From an uncultured Gemmatimonadales bacterium (GTDB lineage Bacteria; Gemmatimonadota; Gemmatimonadetes; Gemmatimonadales; GWC2-71-9): DNA of 64,000 nt. The stretch covers positions 1-64,000 of the forward strand of contig CAWJMT010000010.1 of NCBI GenBank assembly GCA_963844035.1. Reading direction: 5' to 3'. Within the stretch, counting starts at the first letter, position 1; each line of letters opens with the position of its first letter. The position numbers and the translations under genes were made by a program. The notes below the pieces were generated by a model. That model searched no databases and had not been told where the DNA came from. It saw nothing but the letters and a program-made list of their open reading frames with translations. Shown one piece after another: positions 33,656 through 43,862 of this stretch.

Positions 33656-35037
33656 CTAGTGCGTGTTAGACTGCCGGTCGACATCCTTTTCCCAATCGGC
33701 CACGAGTTGCTTCAGCGTCACAACGACCTCCGGATGCCGGGCGGCGAGATCGCTGCGTTCGCCGGGGTCATCGTTGAGATCATACAGGAGGAGATGTCCC
33801 CCGTCGACCAGCAGCTTCCAGCGCCCCGACCTGACGGCGCGCTGTTGACGATTGGGCTGCGCGATGCGCCAGAACAGGTGGCGTTCCAGAAGCGGGGCGT
33901 CTCCGCGCAGGACGGGAAGCAGGTTGATCCCATCGGCACGGTAACCCTCCGGCACGCGGGTGGCGGTTGCGGCGAGAATCGATGCGGTGATATCGAACGT
34001 GAGCGCCGGCTGAGCGGACGTCCTGCCGGCCGGGAGCCGGCCGGGCCACCGCATGATCAAGGGCACGCGGATGCCGCCTTCCCACAGCGTCGCCTTGCGA
34101 TGAAAGAACGGCGCGTTGCGGGACAGCCACTCGCCGCCATTGTCGTTCGTGAAGATCACCAGCGTGTTGCTGGTGAGGCCGCGGCGCTCGAGCGCTGCCA
34201 CGATCTCGCCGACGCCCCGATCGGCCCGCTCGAGCATCCGCACGTAGTCCTGTCGCGTGGCTCGGAACGGAATCGTCGGGCAGCTGGACCAGCCGGCGCG
34301 GCGCGGTGCGCTCCGCCTCCGAGGGAGGCCGATCGGGCGGCTCGAACGGCCAGTGGACGGCGTTGTAGGCCACCTCGAGCGAAGAAGGGTCTGTCCGCGT
34401 GGCGGGTGATGAAGCTGACGCCCCGCCGCGTGATCTCGTCGGTGAGGTAGCCGGTGTGGCTCGACCGGCGTCGTATTCTCCCACAGGTCGGGGGGCCTTG
34501 CCGTCGATGCCCACGGCGCCGGTGTAGAAGTCGTGCGCACCGCCCAGAAACCCGTAGAACTCGTCGAACCCGTGGGCGTTGGGCCGAACTCGGGGTAGCC
34601 GCCGAGGTGCCACTTGCCGATGAGCCCGGTCGCGTAGCCGTGGTCTTGAGGAGGGCCGGCAGCGATGTGCGCGTTGCGGGGAGACCGCGGTCCCGATCCG
34701 CCGGCGCGAGGGTGATCGAGCGGCATTCGAGCCCGACGCGCTGCTGGTAGCGGCCGCTGATCAGGGCGACCCGGGTCGGCGACACACTGCGCCGTTGGCG
34801 TAGCAGTCGGTGAGGCGCACGCCTTCGCGCGCCAGGCGATCGATGTTGGGAGTGCTCGCGTCCGTCCCCCCGTAGCTACCGAGGTCGCCGTACCCCAGGT
34901 CGTCCATCATGACCAGGACGACGTTGGGTCTGGCGAACCGTCGTCTGGGGACTACGCTGAGCGATCAGGGTGGAAACCTGAGCGCACGCGACGAGAATCA
35001 ACGCGGCAACGAGGAAGGCTTGGTGCCTCAGGCGCAC
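33656..35037 (-). CDS. arylsulfatase (sulfatase family), frameshifted
   Basis: GTG start with signal peptide [18 protein letters not shown], then [50 protein letters not shown]. Confidence 0.9.
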
Positions 35038-35075
35038 AAACGCAATTCTACCTCACAACGACCGCGCCGCCAGCA
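35035..35075 (-). other. attC remnant retaining the TAGAAT-N7-GTG core
   Basis: GCTGGCGGCGCGGTCGTTGTGAGGTAGAATTGCGTTTGTG closely matches the left arm and loop of the intact attC at 42048-42187. Confidence 0.75.
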
Positions 35076-35083
35076 GAGGGGCG

Positions 35084-35290
35084 CTACGGCCGCAACGAGT
35101 CCGGGAGGGCCAGGCTGCAGGTGAGGCGGTTCCCGGCGGGCGTCGGTGTGAAGGTCGCCACCAGGGTCACGCCCGTGGGTGCTCCCGCTACGAGGCAGAA
35201 CCCGTTGATCTCACCGCACGCCGAGGCGCCGAGTCCCAGCGCGATGGGGACAACCCAGGAGGCGGTACGCCAAAGGCTCAGAGATCTCAC
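35084..35290 (-). CDS. short putative lipoprotein or gene remnant
   Basis: Signal-like N-terminus with LGASAC lipobox; stop abuts the attC remnant. Confidence 0.35.
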   Translation of the reverse strand: MRSLSLWRTASWVVPIALGLGASACGEINGFCLVAGAPTGVTLVATFTPTPAGNRLTCSLALPDSLRP

Positions 35291-35296
35291 GGAACC

Positions 35297-35782
35297 TCAA
35301 CCGCGGCGCGCCGCCTCGATGGCAGCGATCTCGATCTTCTGCATCAGCATCATCGCATCGAACGCGCGCTCGGCGGCAGCGCGATCGGGATCGGTGATCG
35401 CCTTCGTCAGGGCGATCGGCGTAATCTGCCAGGACAATCCCCATTTGTCCTTGCACCAGCCGCACGCGCTCTCCTGGCCGCCGTTGCCGACGATTGCGTT
35501 CCAGTAGCGATCCGTTTCGGCCTGGTCAGCGGTTGCGACCTGGAACGAGAACGCTTCGTTGTGCTTGAACGCAGGTCCGCCGTTGAGCCCGAGGCACGGA
35601 ACGCCCAGCACGGTGAACTCGACGGTCAACACGTCCCCTTTCTTCCCCGACGGAAAGTTGCCCGGTGCCCGGTGCACCGCGCCGACGGAGGAATCGGGGA
35701 AGGTCTTGGCATAAAACCGCGCCGCGTCCTCGGCGTCGCGATCGTACCACAGGCAAATCGTGTTCTTTGCCGGCTTCGCCAT
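35297..35782 (-). CDS. VOC family PhnB / 3-demethylubiquinone-9 methyltransferase-like protein
   Basis: NTICLWY, LNGGPAFKHNEAFSFQV, CGWCKDKWGLSWQI. Confidence 0.9.
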   Translation of the reverse strand: MAKPAKNTICLWYDRDAEDAARFYAKTFPDSSVGAVHRAPGNFPSGKKGDVLTVEFTVLGVPCLGLNGGPAFKHNEAFSFQVATADQAETDRYWNAIVGNGGQESACGWCKDKWGLSWQITPIALTKAITDPDRAAAERAFDAMMLMQKIEIAAIEAARRG

Positions 35783-35806
35783 GTCACTTCTCCATCGAGA
35801 TGAGCC

Positions 35807-36199
35807 ATGAAGATGAAGAGCTACGCGAGTTTCGACACATACCTCGCAGATCAGTCATCCGGGCATCAGCAAGTCATCCGATCCTTGCGACGACTCGTAA
35901 AGCGCGTGGCTCCCCACCTCCAGGAGGGCGTCAAGTGGGGCAATGGATGCTGGTTGAATGTGAAGGAGCCCGTCGCGTATGTCTACTCCGCTCCCGACCA
36001 CGTTCAATTCGGCTTCGTGATGGGCTCCGCGTTGAAGGACCCGGACAAGATGCTCCACGGCGAAGGCGCGTATGTGCGGCATATCAAGGTGTTCACGCCT
36101 TCCGACATTGACGAGCGGTCCTTCGGAGCCCTTCTGCTGCAAGCTGCAAGAAAGAAGCGACCGCTGGGACGCGCCGCCAAGTCATCGCGTCATAAGTGA
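35807..36199 (+). CDS. DUF1801 (YdhG-like) protein
   Basis: LRRLVKRVAP.L.EGVKWG, HVQFGF..G..LKDPDKML.GEG..VRHIK. Confidence 0.85.
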   Translation: MKMKSYASFDTYLADQSSGHQQVIRSLRRLVKRVAPHLQEGVKWGNGCWLNVKEPVAYVYSAPDHVQFGFVMGSALKDPDKMLHGEGAYVRHIKVFTPSDIDERSFGALLLQAARKKRPLGRAAKSSRHK

Positions 36200-37693
36200 A
36201 TCCCTGGCTGCCTCCCGGCGCTCGCTCTCCTCGACGACCAACCGGTAGGCGATGTAGTACTTGAAGATGTTCGCGACGTAGGTCACGGTCTCGCGCCCGA
36301 TGCGCTCGGACGCGATCACCTCCACGTTGCCGAACCAGACGTTGGGGTTGAGTCCGCGCTGCTCGGCTTCCTTCCGCAACTGGCGCACCCGGCCCACCCC
36401 CGCGTTGTACGACGCGAAGGTGAACAGCGCCTTGTTCAAGTCATCCATCGGCTCGTTCTCGAAGTACGCGTCCCGCACCGAGCGCATGTGCTTGACGCCG
36501 GCGTGGATGTTCGGCTCCAGTTCCGTGATGTCGCCGACCTTCAGGAGTTTGCCGGTCTCCGGCATGATTTGCATGACGCCGATCGCACCAACCGGGCTCC
36601 GCGCGTGCTGGTGGAGGCGGGACTCCTGGTAGCCCTGCGCGGCCATCAGCAGGTAGTCGACGTTGTACCGGTCGCTGTACTTCCGAAACAGCGCCACGAC
36701 CGAGAGAAAGGCCTTCCGCTCCGCCGCCGAGGTGGCGCCCTTCGCGTAGGTCGCCTTGACGAGGTAGTCGCGGTTGACTCGGTCGCCGAAGGCCGTGCCC
36801 AACCCATACTTCCCCATGAACGTGTTCAGCGCCGCGAGCAGCTGCGGGTTGTTCTTGCGGACCGCCACGGCGAGCGTTCCGCCGGTGCGCAGCGCGATGC
36901 TGTCGTGGACAATGAGGTACCGAAAGACCTTCTTCCAGAAGATGGCGAGATAGTCGTCGACCACCACCGCCGGGATCAGGCCGGCGTTCACCATCTCGAG
37001 CAGGTCGTCGTCCTCCAGGCCCGGCGGAGCGTCCCGGATCATCACCGGCGGCCGCCCCTGAACCTTGAACCGCTCGTTGAGCACGAGCAGGCTCTGAGTG
37101 TAGCCGCCAAATTCGCGGGCGAACACTTCTTTGCCTGACAGGTCCTCGAGGGAGGCGAACGTCGATTCGCCCGGAGCGCTGACCAGGATCTGGCGGACGT
37201 TCGTCCGTGTGGGGTCGCTGAACGCGACGTGCTGCTGCAGCTCGGGTGTCACCGGGACCTGCGCCGCAACCAGGTCCACCTTGCCGTCGATGAGCGCCGG
37301 CAGCAGCATGTCGCGCGGCAGAGGCAGGAAGATCACGTGGATCCTGTTGCTGGTGCCGGTCAGGAAGTGCTTGTTGAGCCGCTCCTCCATGAGCCGACCG
37401 TACTCGTACGCGATGCCGCGTTGCACGCCCCGGTCGACGAAATAGAACGTGCGATTGAACGTCACGCCGATCCGTACGACCCGTCGCTTCACCAGCGAGT
37501 CGAGGTCGCCGGTAAACGGCTTCAGCACCACCTCGCGCACCGACGGCGGCAGCTGCGTTTCGAGGACGGAGGGTGGGAGTGGCGCCTCGACCTCGTCGAT
37601 CGGCGGCGGCGGCGGCTTGTCGCCACCGCACGCCGTGCAGGCCACCACGGCGCCAACGAGCAGAACAGCAGCGAGTTCGACCCCTGCCCTCAT
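36182..37693 (-). CDS. MltF-like lytic transglycosylase with substrate-binding domain
   Basis: SBP_bac_3 region followed by AQGYQES, GAIGVMQ, ASYNAG, ETVTYV. Confidence 0.9.
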   Translation of the reverse strand: MRAGVELAAVLLVGAVVACTACGGDKPPPPPIDEVEAPLPPSVLETQLPPSVREVVLKPFTGDLDSLVKRRVVRIGVTFNRTFYFVDRGVQRGIAYEYGRLMEERLNKHFLTGTSNRIHVIFLPLPRDMLLPALIDGKVDLVAAQVPVTPELQQHVAFSDPTRTNVRQILVSAPGESTFASLEDLSGKEVFAREFGGYTQSLLVLNERFKVQGRPPVMIRDAPPGLEDDDLLEMVNAGLIPAVVVDDYLAIFWKKVFRYLIVHDSIALRTGGTLAVAVRKNNPQLLAALNTFMGKYGLGTAFGDRVNRDYLVKATYAKGATSAAERKAFLSVVALFRKYSDRYNVDYLLMAAQGYQESRLHQHARSPVGAIGVMQIMPETGKLLKVGDITELEPNIHAGVKHMRSVRDAYFENEPMDDLNKALFTFASYNAGVGRVRQLRKEAEQRGLNPNVWFGNVEVIASERIGRETVTYVANIFKYYIAYRLVVEESERREAARDSLMTR

Positions 37694-37705
37694 GATGGTC
37701 TCCTC

Positions 37706-37738
37706 ACCGCCTGTCAGCTTCAATCGCGCTTGTTAGAC
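37706..37738 (-). other. truncated attC (left arm only)
   Basis: GTCTAACAAGCGCGATTGAAGCTGACAGGCGG = R''/L'' arm; upstream ORF stops on the TAA of the R'' box; right arm replaced by the GAGGAG RBS of the MltF-like gene. Confidence 0.75.
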
Positions 37739-38008
37739 GGCACGTTCGTTCTCCGTGCGCTTCTTGTGCAACCATTCGGCCCAGGAAAGGAACCCGATCA
37801 TGCCAAAGATCAGGATAGTTACGACGCACATCACGAGTGTGAATACACCGGCAGGATTCTCCAGCAGGCGGTGCACGAGAGGTGTTAGAGGTGTATCCAA
37901 CGCAATTACGACGTAGAGAATTGCCACTTCCACCCCGGCCAGCACCGCGAGGATGATGAGCGCGCTGTAGTCGCGCGCAGTAGTTGGGTGCTGTGGAGGC
38001 TCGTTCAC
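37733..38008 (-). CDS. small two-TM hypothetical cassette protein
   Basis: Two hydrophobic helices; starts on the GTG of one attC remnant and ends in the R'' box of the next. Confidence 0.7.
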   Translation of the reverse strand: MNEPPQHPTTARDYSALIILAVLAGVEVAILYVVIALDTPLTPLVHRLLENPAGVFTLVMCVVTILIFGMIGFLSWAEWLHKKRTENERAV

Positions 38009-38058
38009 AAACGCAATTCTACCTCCAACGACGGGCGGCGCCAGCTTCAGGCGCGCGC
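38006..38058 (-). other. attC remnant retaining the TAGAAT-N7-GTG core
   Basis: GCGCGCCTGAAGCTGGCGCCGCCCGTCGTTGGAGGTAGAATTGCGTTTGTG; R'' box and right arm absent. Confidence 0.8.
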
Positions 38059-38071
38059 TCCGGTCGGCGTC

Positions 38072-38952
38072 TCACACTCTGGTCAGCAGGATCACGGGGA
38101 GCTCGGGAGGATTACCCCAGCGCGGCACCCAGGCGCTGCCGATCCCCGCGGACACGTATAACCACGTCTGGCCCACCCGTTTCAGTCCATGCAAGTAACG
38201 GCGGCCGAACTGGGATGGGGCGGTGATGGGACCGATGAGGGGCAAGTGTGCCTGGCCGTTGTGTGTGTGCCCCGACAGCATCACGTCCACACGCAGACCA
38301 GGCGGCAGATATTCGATGAGATCCGGGTTGTGTGAGAGCAAGATCCGGGGCACGTGGAGCGGAACCCCGACCAGGGCATCGTCCGGTCGAACCGCACGCC
38401 ATGGGAGAAGTCATCGACTCCCGCAATGGCCAGTACTCCCGTCCCACGGCGGATCAGGACGTGCTCATTGGTGAGGAGGCGCGCCCCGCCGCGCCGGACG
38501 GCCTCAGCGACAGCGTCGGGGTCGACCCAGTGATCGTGATTGCCCAGGACGGCGAGCGCGCCATCGCGCGCGTGGAATCGCGCGATGATCTCATCGAGCC
38601 GTCGGAGATCGTGGCGAGCGTGACTAACGAAGTCGCCGCCGAGGACGACAAGATCGGGCGCAAGCTCCTTCACACGCTCCGCCACGCGGGACAGCCACTG
38701 CTCGGGGACGGCCGGGCCGTGGTGCAGGTCGGTGACGAGCGCGATTCGATAGCCGGCGAACTCCGGGGCGAGATCGCGGACCGCGACAGGGATCTCGGGC
38801 GTGATGAGCCGAGCCTGCTCCCAGCGAAAGAACGGAGTGGCAATCCGCTCGGCCGCCCAGCCCAGGGGGACTTCGGTCAGGCGTTCAAGCACCGGAGCCC
38901 GACGCTCCCGTGATGGCGCTCGACGGCGGGGATGGAGAAAGAACCATTTCAT
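38072..38952 (-). CDS. metallophosphoesterase (YkuE-like), frameshifted
   Basis: TDLH, GGDF, LGNHD, AGVDD, LSHNPD, LSGHTH.GQ. Confidence 0.9.
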
Positions 38953-39070
38953 TGGCAGGCGATCCGTGGCGCACTAACGCCATTCTATACGGGTGGTTGC
39001 TTCGTTGCTGCGTTCCCGGGCGCCGGAGGATCCGGACCATAGACCGCGAAGGCGCTCGGCACTCCTTTGG

Positions 39071-39619
<549 letters not shown>

Positions 39620-39654
39620 GGGCGGCAAGTAGTCTTGGGGGCGCGGCGTCGCGG

Positions 39655-40236
39655 TCAGCGCTCGACGGCATACCGGGCCAGGAGCAGGCTCGAGCCGTCG
39701 AAGGTGCGGGTATCCAGCAGGCGGAGCGAGCCCGGCGGCCGCGTCTCGAACGCCCGCACGCCCTCGCCGACCACGCCGGCACCGATCATGAAGTGCAGCT
39801 CGTCCACCAGGCCGTTGGCAAGCAGGTCGTTCCAGAGGAGGTGACTGCCGAACATCAGGATTTCCCGACCCGGCCTCTCTTTGAGTGCGGCGACCTCCGC
39901 GTGCGCGTCCGCGCGCCGCACGACGCGGGTCGGACCCCACCCCTCGACTTCGCCGGGCTTCAAGCTGTTCGAGACCACGACCTTCTCGATGGCGGCGTTG
40001 AGTCGCGAAATCTCGCGCTCTACAGCCGGCTGGCTCACGTCCTCGGCGATCGCTGGCCAGTAGGACCGAAAGCCCACGTACGACTTGCGCCCGAGTAGCA
40101 GGGTGTCGGCCGCCCGGAGCCGTTCCGCGTTGTAGTCGGAGAAGCCGTCGTCGAACGGCATGGCCATGACGTCCCCGCCCGGGCCGGAGTAACCAGCCGT
40201 CAGCGAGACGATGTTGCGAGCGATCACCTTGCGCAA
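39655..40236 (-). CDS. dihydrofolate reductase family / RibD_C protein
   Basis: RKVIARNIVS, LLLGRKSY, KVVVSNSL, FGSHLLWNDLL..GLVDEL. Confidence 0.9.
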   Translation of the reverse strand: MRKVIARNIVSLTAGYSGPGGDVMAMPFDDGFSDYNAERLRAADTLLLGRKSYVGFRSYWPAIAEDVSQPAVEREISRLNAAIEKVVVSNSLKPGEVEGWGPTRVVRRADAHAEVAALKERPGREILMFGSHLLWNDLLANGLVDELHFMIGAGVVGEGVRAFETRPPGSLRLLDTRTFDGSSLLLARYAVER

Positions 40237-40518
40237 TGGATCAGGGTCGTTGATCGCCAACACGCTTCCAGGAGGCAGTGCGTGCACAGGTCATCCACCA
40301 ATAGGACGGTCGGGAACGTGAGCAGCACGTACCGCTGGGCCAGGGCCACGTTGTCGGCAAACCCCACGTCCCCGATCCGCCACCGACCCTGCTCCGGACC
40401 GATCATCGATCGCCGCAACCATCCCGGATCGAATGACGCCCTCGAGAATATGGCCCGCGACTACTGGCCCTGTGCCGGTGAGGTGAAAGACCCGGTGAAC
40501 GCTGAAGTACGCAGGCAT
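40224..40518 (-). CDS. small protein resembling EF-Tu/SelB domain II, frameshifted
   Basis: MPAYFSVHRVFHLTGTGPVVAGHILEGVIRSG resembles [21 protein letters not shown] of tuf in this window. Confidence 0.5.
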
Positions 40519-40596
40519 GTTGGAGGAATGTAAAGGGAAACCCTCCTCGCCGGTGTTCCTGTCTCCGCGCGACGGGTGCCGTTTCCATGATTCCCT

Positions 40597-40622
40597 AATA
40601 CTTAGGTATTGACAGAAGTATT
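40597..40622. promoter_or_regulatory. ArsR-type operator palindrome
   Basis: Perfect AATACTT-N12-AAGTATT upstream of the ArsR-SRPBCC pair, overlapping a TTGACA. Confidence 0.7.
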
Positions 40623-40670
40623 GCACGGTTGTAGGATCCCTCGGGCAGATCGGATAACCCGCGCACTGGG

Positions 40671-41024
40671 ATGGTGTCGGACATGGTTCAATCCGCAGCC
40701 GCTGACGACGTCTTTCACGCCTTGTCCAACCCGACTCGGCGGAAAGTCCTGGAGCGACTGTCGGTCGGACCCGCCACCGTCAGCGAGCTGGCGGCGCCGT
40801 TCGACATGCAGCTCCCGTCGTTCGTGCAGCACCTCTCGGTGCTCGAACAGAGCCGACTGGTGCGGTCGAAAAAGCGCGGGCGGGTGCGGACGTATGAGAT
40901 CGCACCCGAGCGGTTCAAGGTCGTGGAGGACTGGCTGACCGCGCGCCGTCGGTTGTGGGAAGCCCGACTGGACCGGTTCGACCACTACGTCAAACAACTC
41001 AAGGAGAAGGAAGCAGAATCATGA
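40671..41024 (+). CDS. ArsR/SmtB family regulator
   Basis: VFHALSNPTRR, TVSELAAPFDMQLPSFVQHLSVLE, GRVRT. Confidence 0.95.
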   Translation: MVSDMVQSAAADDVFHALSNPTRRKVLERLSVGPATVSELAAPFDMQLPSFVQHLSVLEQSRLVRSKKRGRVRTYEIAPERFKVVEDWLTARRRLWEARLDRFDHYVKQLKEKEAES

Positions 41025-41518
41025 GCAAGCAATTCACGATCGATCCGAAACTCGATTTCGCCATCGAACGGTTCATCGACGCTCCCACGCGGCTCGTCTG
41101 GGAAGCGTTGACGAAACCGGAGCATCTCAAGGAGTGGTACATGCCCAAGCCTTGGGGTCGTGTGGCGCGCGCCGAGATGGACGTGCGACCGGGCGGCATC
41201 TTCAGCATCGACATCGCCACGGGAGACGGTCAGGAGTTTCCCAACCTCGGCTGTTTCCTGGAAGTCATTCCGATGGAGCGGCTCGTCTGGACCTCCATGT
41301 TGTTCCCCGGCTATCGTCCGGCCGTCTTTGACGACATTCCGATCACCGCCATCGTCACGATGGAGACCGTGGGAACCGGCACTCGCTACGTCTTCACGGC
41401 GCTGCACCGGAACGAAGCGGACCTCGAGACAAACAAGACGTCGGGCTTTTACCAGGGCACCGAGATCGCCGTCGATCAGTTCGTGGCGCATGTGAAGTCG
41501 ATGAAAGTATTGACCTGA
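41021..41518 (+). CDS. SRPBCC / AHSA1 (START-like) protein
   Basis: IERFIDAP..LVWEALT.PEHLKEW, MDVRPGG, LEVIPMERLVWT; ATGA overlap with the ArsR gene. Confidence 0.9.
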   Translation: MSKQFTIDPKLDFAIERFIDAPTRLVWEALTKPEHLKEWYMPKPWGRVARAEMDVRPGGIFSIDIATGDGQEFPNLGCFLEVIPMERLVWTSMLFPGYRPAVFDDIPITAIVTMETVGTGTRYVFTALHRNEADLETNKTSGFYQGTEIAVDQFVAHVKSMKVLT

Positions 41519-41614
41519 GCGCCGGAGATAGTGCGACGCTCCGATCCGCCAGCGCTCCCGGTCATTCGGAGCTAGGGTGTTTGAGACCGCCTCGCGCAGC
41601 ACGGCGCCTGGCGT

Positions 41615-42010
41615 TCACTCATGTTCACCGGCTTCGACGCGCGCTCCGATTTGGCGAACGACATCGCGGATGTACTCCATCGACGCTGGATCCGGGCAGT
41701 CTCCGAAGTGATGCCATCGCCGCTGCTCGAAGAACAGGCAAGTCCGAAGTTCCGTGAGATTCCCGTTCCGCCGAGCGTTCGCGATCTCCGCACATCGCTC
41801 AAACGAACCCCAGTACGTATAGCCGTCGAACGATCGAGCGAACCGAGAAATGACGGGCCAATCCGCGTCTGCGGCAGGGACCAAGAGCGCCGTGAGATTC
41901 GCACTTGAAACGTTGCCCAGCTCTCGCAGTTGCGTAACCGAACTACTTCTGAAACGGTGCACGAAGGGCAGTGTGTCCAGTAGATAGCCTACTACGGCCT
42001 TCAAGGACAT
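41615..42010 (-). CDS. hypothetical cassette protein
   Basis: 131-aa ORF starting ~40 bp after the R' box of the intact attC, GGGGGA RBS; motif FA.SFDGY..LRTCLFFEQRRWHH. Confidence 0.7.
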   Translation of the reverse strand: MSLKAVVGYLLDTLPFVHRFRSSSVTQLRELGNVSSANLTALLVPAADADWPVISRFARSFDGYTYWGSFERCAEIANARRNGNLTELRTCLFFEQRRWHHFGDCPDPASMEYIRDVVRQIGARVEAGEHE

Positions 42011-42047
42011 CGGTCCCCCGTCGTACAGTGTGGCAGGCTGCAGGTCG

Positions 42048-42187
42048 GTCTAACGGAATGCGCGTAAGCTGCGGCGCCCCGCCCTGCCGGGCGCCCCGGT
42101 GATCAAGCCGCTCCACAGATGAAGACGGGCGCACAAACGCAATTCTACCTCCAAGAAGGCGCCGCCAGCTTCACGCGCTTGTTAGGC
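42048..42187 (-). other. intact integron attC site (140 bp)
   Basis: Minus strand GCCTAAC AAGCGCGTGAAGCTGGCGGCGCC ... GGCGCCGCAGCTTACGCGCATTCC GTTAGAC: RYYYAAC and GTTRRRY cores, complementary arms with bulges. Confidence 0.92.
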
Positions 42188-42191
42188 AGCG

Positions 42192-43272
42192 CGGATTCAT
42201 ATAGTAAGTGCAACACGGCCCCCGACGGAAAAGGTGACCTGGCGATACCATAGTCTTCAATCTCCGCCAAGAGAAAGAAGCCTACGATGATGTATCGCCA
42301 GATCACCTCGGAGGAAAGATACACGCTGGGCCTGCTCCGCCAGCGCGGGCTGGCCCCGGCCGCGATCGCCCGCGTGCTCGGGCGCCACCGCAGCACGATC
42401 GGCCGCGAGGTGCGGCGCAACGGCACGCCCCGCGACGGCTGCTACCGCCCCCAACTCGCCGACTGGTATGCGCGCGGCCGCCGCTCGCGGTCCCGGCGCA
42501 ACCAGCGGTTCACGGCGGCGGACTGGGACCAGGTGCTGGCCCTGGTGCGGGAGGACTGGAGCCCCGAGCAAGTGGCGGGCTGGTTGAAGCGCCACGGGCA
42601 CCTCTCGATCAGCCACGAGACGATCTACCGCCACATTTGGGCGGATCTGCGGCGCGGGGGCACGTTGCACCAGCATCTCCGCGGCGCCCGGAAACAACGG
42701 CGCAAGCGCTACGGCCGCTACGACAGCCGCGGCCGGCTCGCGGGCAAGCGCCCGATCACCGACGCGGCCCGCCGTCGTCGAGACCCGCACGCAGCTCGGG
42801 CATTGGGAGGCGGACACGATGCTCGGCGACAGCCAGGCCGGCCCGTGTGTGCTGAGTCTGGTGGAGCGCAAGACCGGGTACCTGCTGCTCGGGCAGTTAG
42901 CGGCGCATACCAGCGCGGCGGTGAATCAGCGCGCGCACCGCTTGATCGCGGCGCAGCCCCACCCGGTGCGGACCATCACCGTCGATAACGGCACCGAGTT
43001 TCACGACTACGCCGCGCTCGAGCGGGCCACCGCGACCGCCTTCTACTTCGCCACGCCGCATCACGCGTGGGAACGCGGCACCAACGAGAACACCAATGGC
43101 CTGGTCCGGCAGTACCTGCCGAAGCGCCAGAGCATGGCCCACCTCACCCAACACGATTGCAATCGGATCGCTGCGAAACTGAACCGCCGACCGCGGAAGC
43201 GCCTCGGCTACCGCACCCCGGAGGAATGCTATGCCTGAGGACCTCAGTGTTGCAGTTCAAAGTTGATATCAA
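42192..43272 (+). mobile_element. IS30-family insertion sequence
   Basis: Imperfect terminal IRs GATTCATATAGTAAGTGCAACAC / GTGTTGCAGTTCAAAGTTGATATC flanking the transposase. Confidence 0.88.
42287..43238 (+). CDS. IS30 transposase (DDE), frameshifted near 42765
   Basis: IARVLGRHRSTIGREVRRN, WSPEQVAG, ISHETIY, GHWEADT, TITVDNGTEF, WERGTNENTNGLVRQYLPK, LNRRPRKRLGYRTP. Confidence 0.95.
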
Positions 43273-43287
43273 ACGGCGACGCTTCCG

Positions 43288-43803
43288 TCACCGATACTGA
43301 ACCCTAAACGACCCCTCCGTCACCTGTAGGACCGCGGTCCCGCCGAGCTGCAGCGCCGAGAACGTGAATGTGCCTGCGACGACGTGCCTGGCAGCATCGA
43401 CGGCAGTGATGCGGACCTGGCCGATGCGGTCCGCCCACGGCGTAGCGAAGATCCGGACGTCGGAACCGGATTGGTCTAGGTACATCGTGTAGCTCCCAAT
43501 GTTGCTAGGATCGCGGTCATACGAGAGAGTGTACGTGCCGGTAGTCGCGTGAAAGTGACCCACCTGAAAGCCGAGCGCCTCTTGGTTATTGCCGAGCACA
43601 TCTGTCCTAGTTCCCCATACGGCGAACGTGCTGTCAGGAGTGAGCTCCGCAAACGCATCGCCATTCGTATCCATGGTCCAGCGTGTGCCATCGATGGTCG
43701 CGGTTACGAAGGGCGCTCCGTCCAGGCTTGGTCCTGTGGTGTCTGCACAGCCGACGACGAGTGCCATCAGGGCCATTGTGGGATAGCGTGGACGCATCGA
43801 CAC
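43288..43803 (-). CDS. DUF6252-like lipoprotein (first cassette)
   Basis: Lipobox LVVGC; TATIDGTRW; GQVRITAVD..VAGTFTF.A..VTEGSF; AAGGAG RBS. Confidence 0.7.
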   Translation of the reverse strand: MSMRPRYPTMALMALVVGCADTTGPSLDGAPFVTATIDGTRWTMDTNGDAFAELTPDSTFAVWGTRTDVLGNNQEALGFQVGHFHATTGTYTLSYDRDPSNIGSYTMYLDQSGSDVRIFATPWADRIGQVRITAVDAARHVVAGTFTFSALQLGGTAVLQVTEGSFRVQYR

Positions 43804-43837
43804 TCCTTCAGGGAAGCGTTAGGACGAACGCGTTGCC

Positions 43838-43862
43838 ACCTAACTCATAGTAGGTGTCTAAC
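43838..43862 (-). other. candidate attI site
   Basis: Minus strand CACCTAC-TATGA-GTTAGGT (L box, 5-bp spacer, R box as in attI1), with an extra GTTAGAC upstream; R box nearly complements the R'' (GCCTAAC) of the first attC. Confidence 0.55.
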
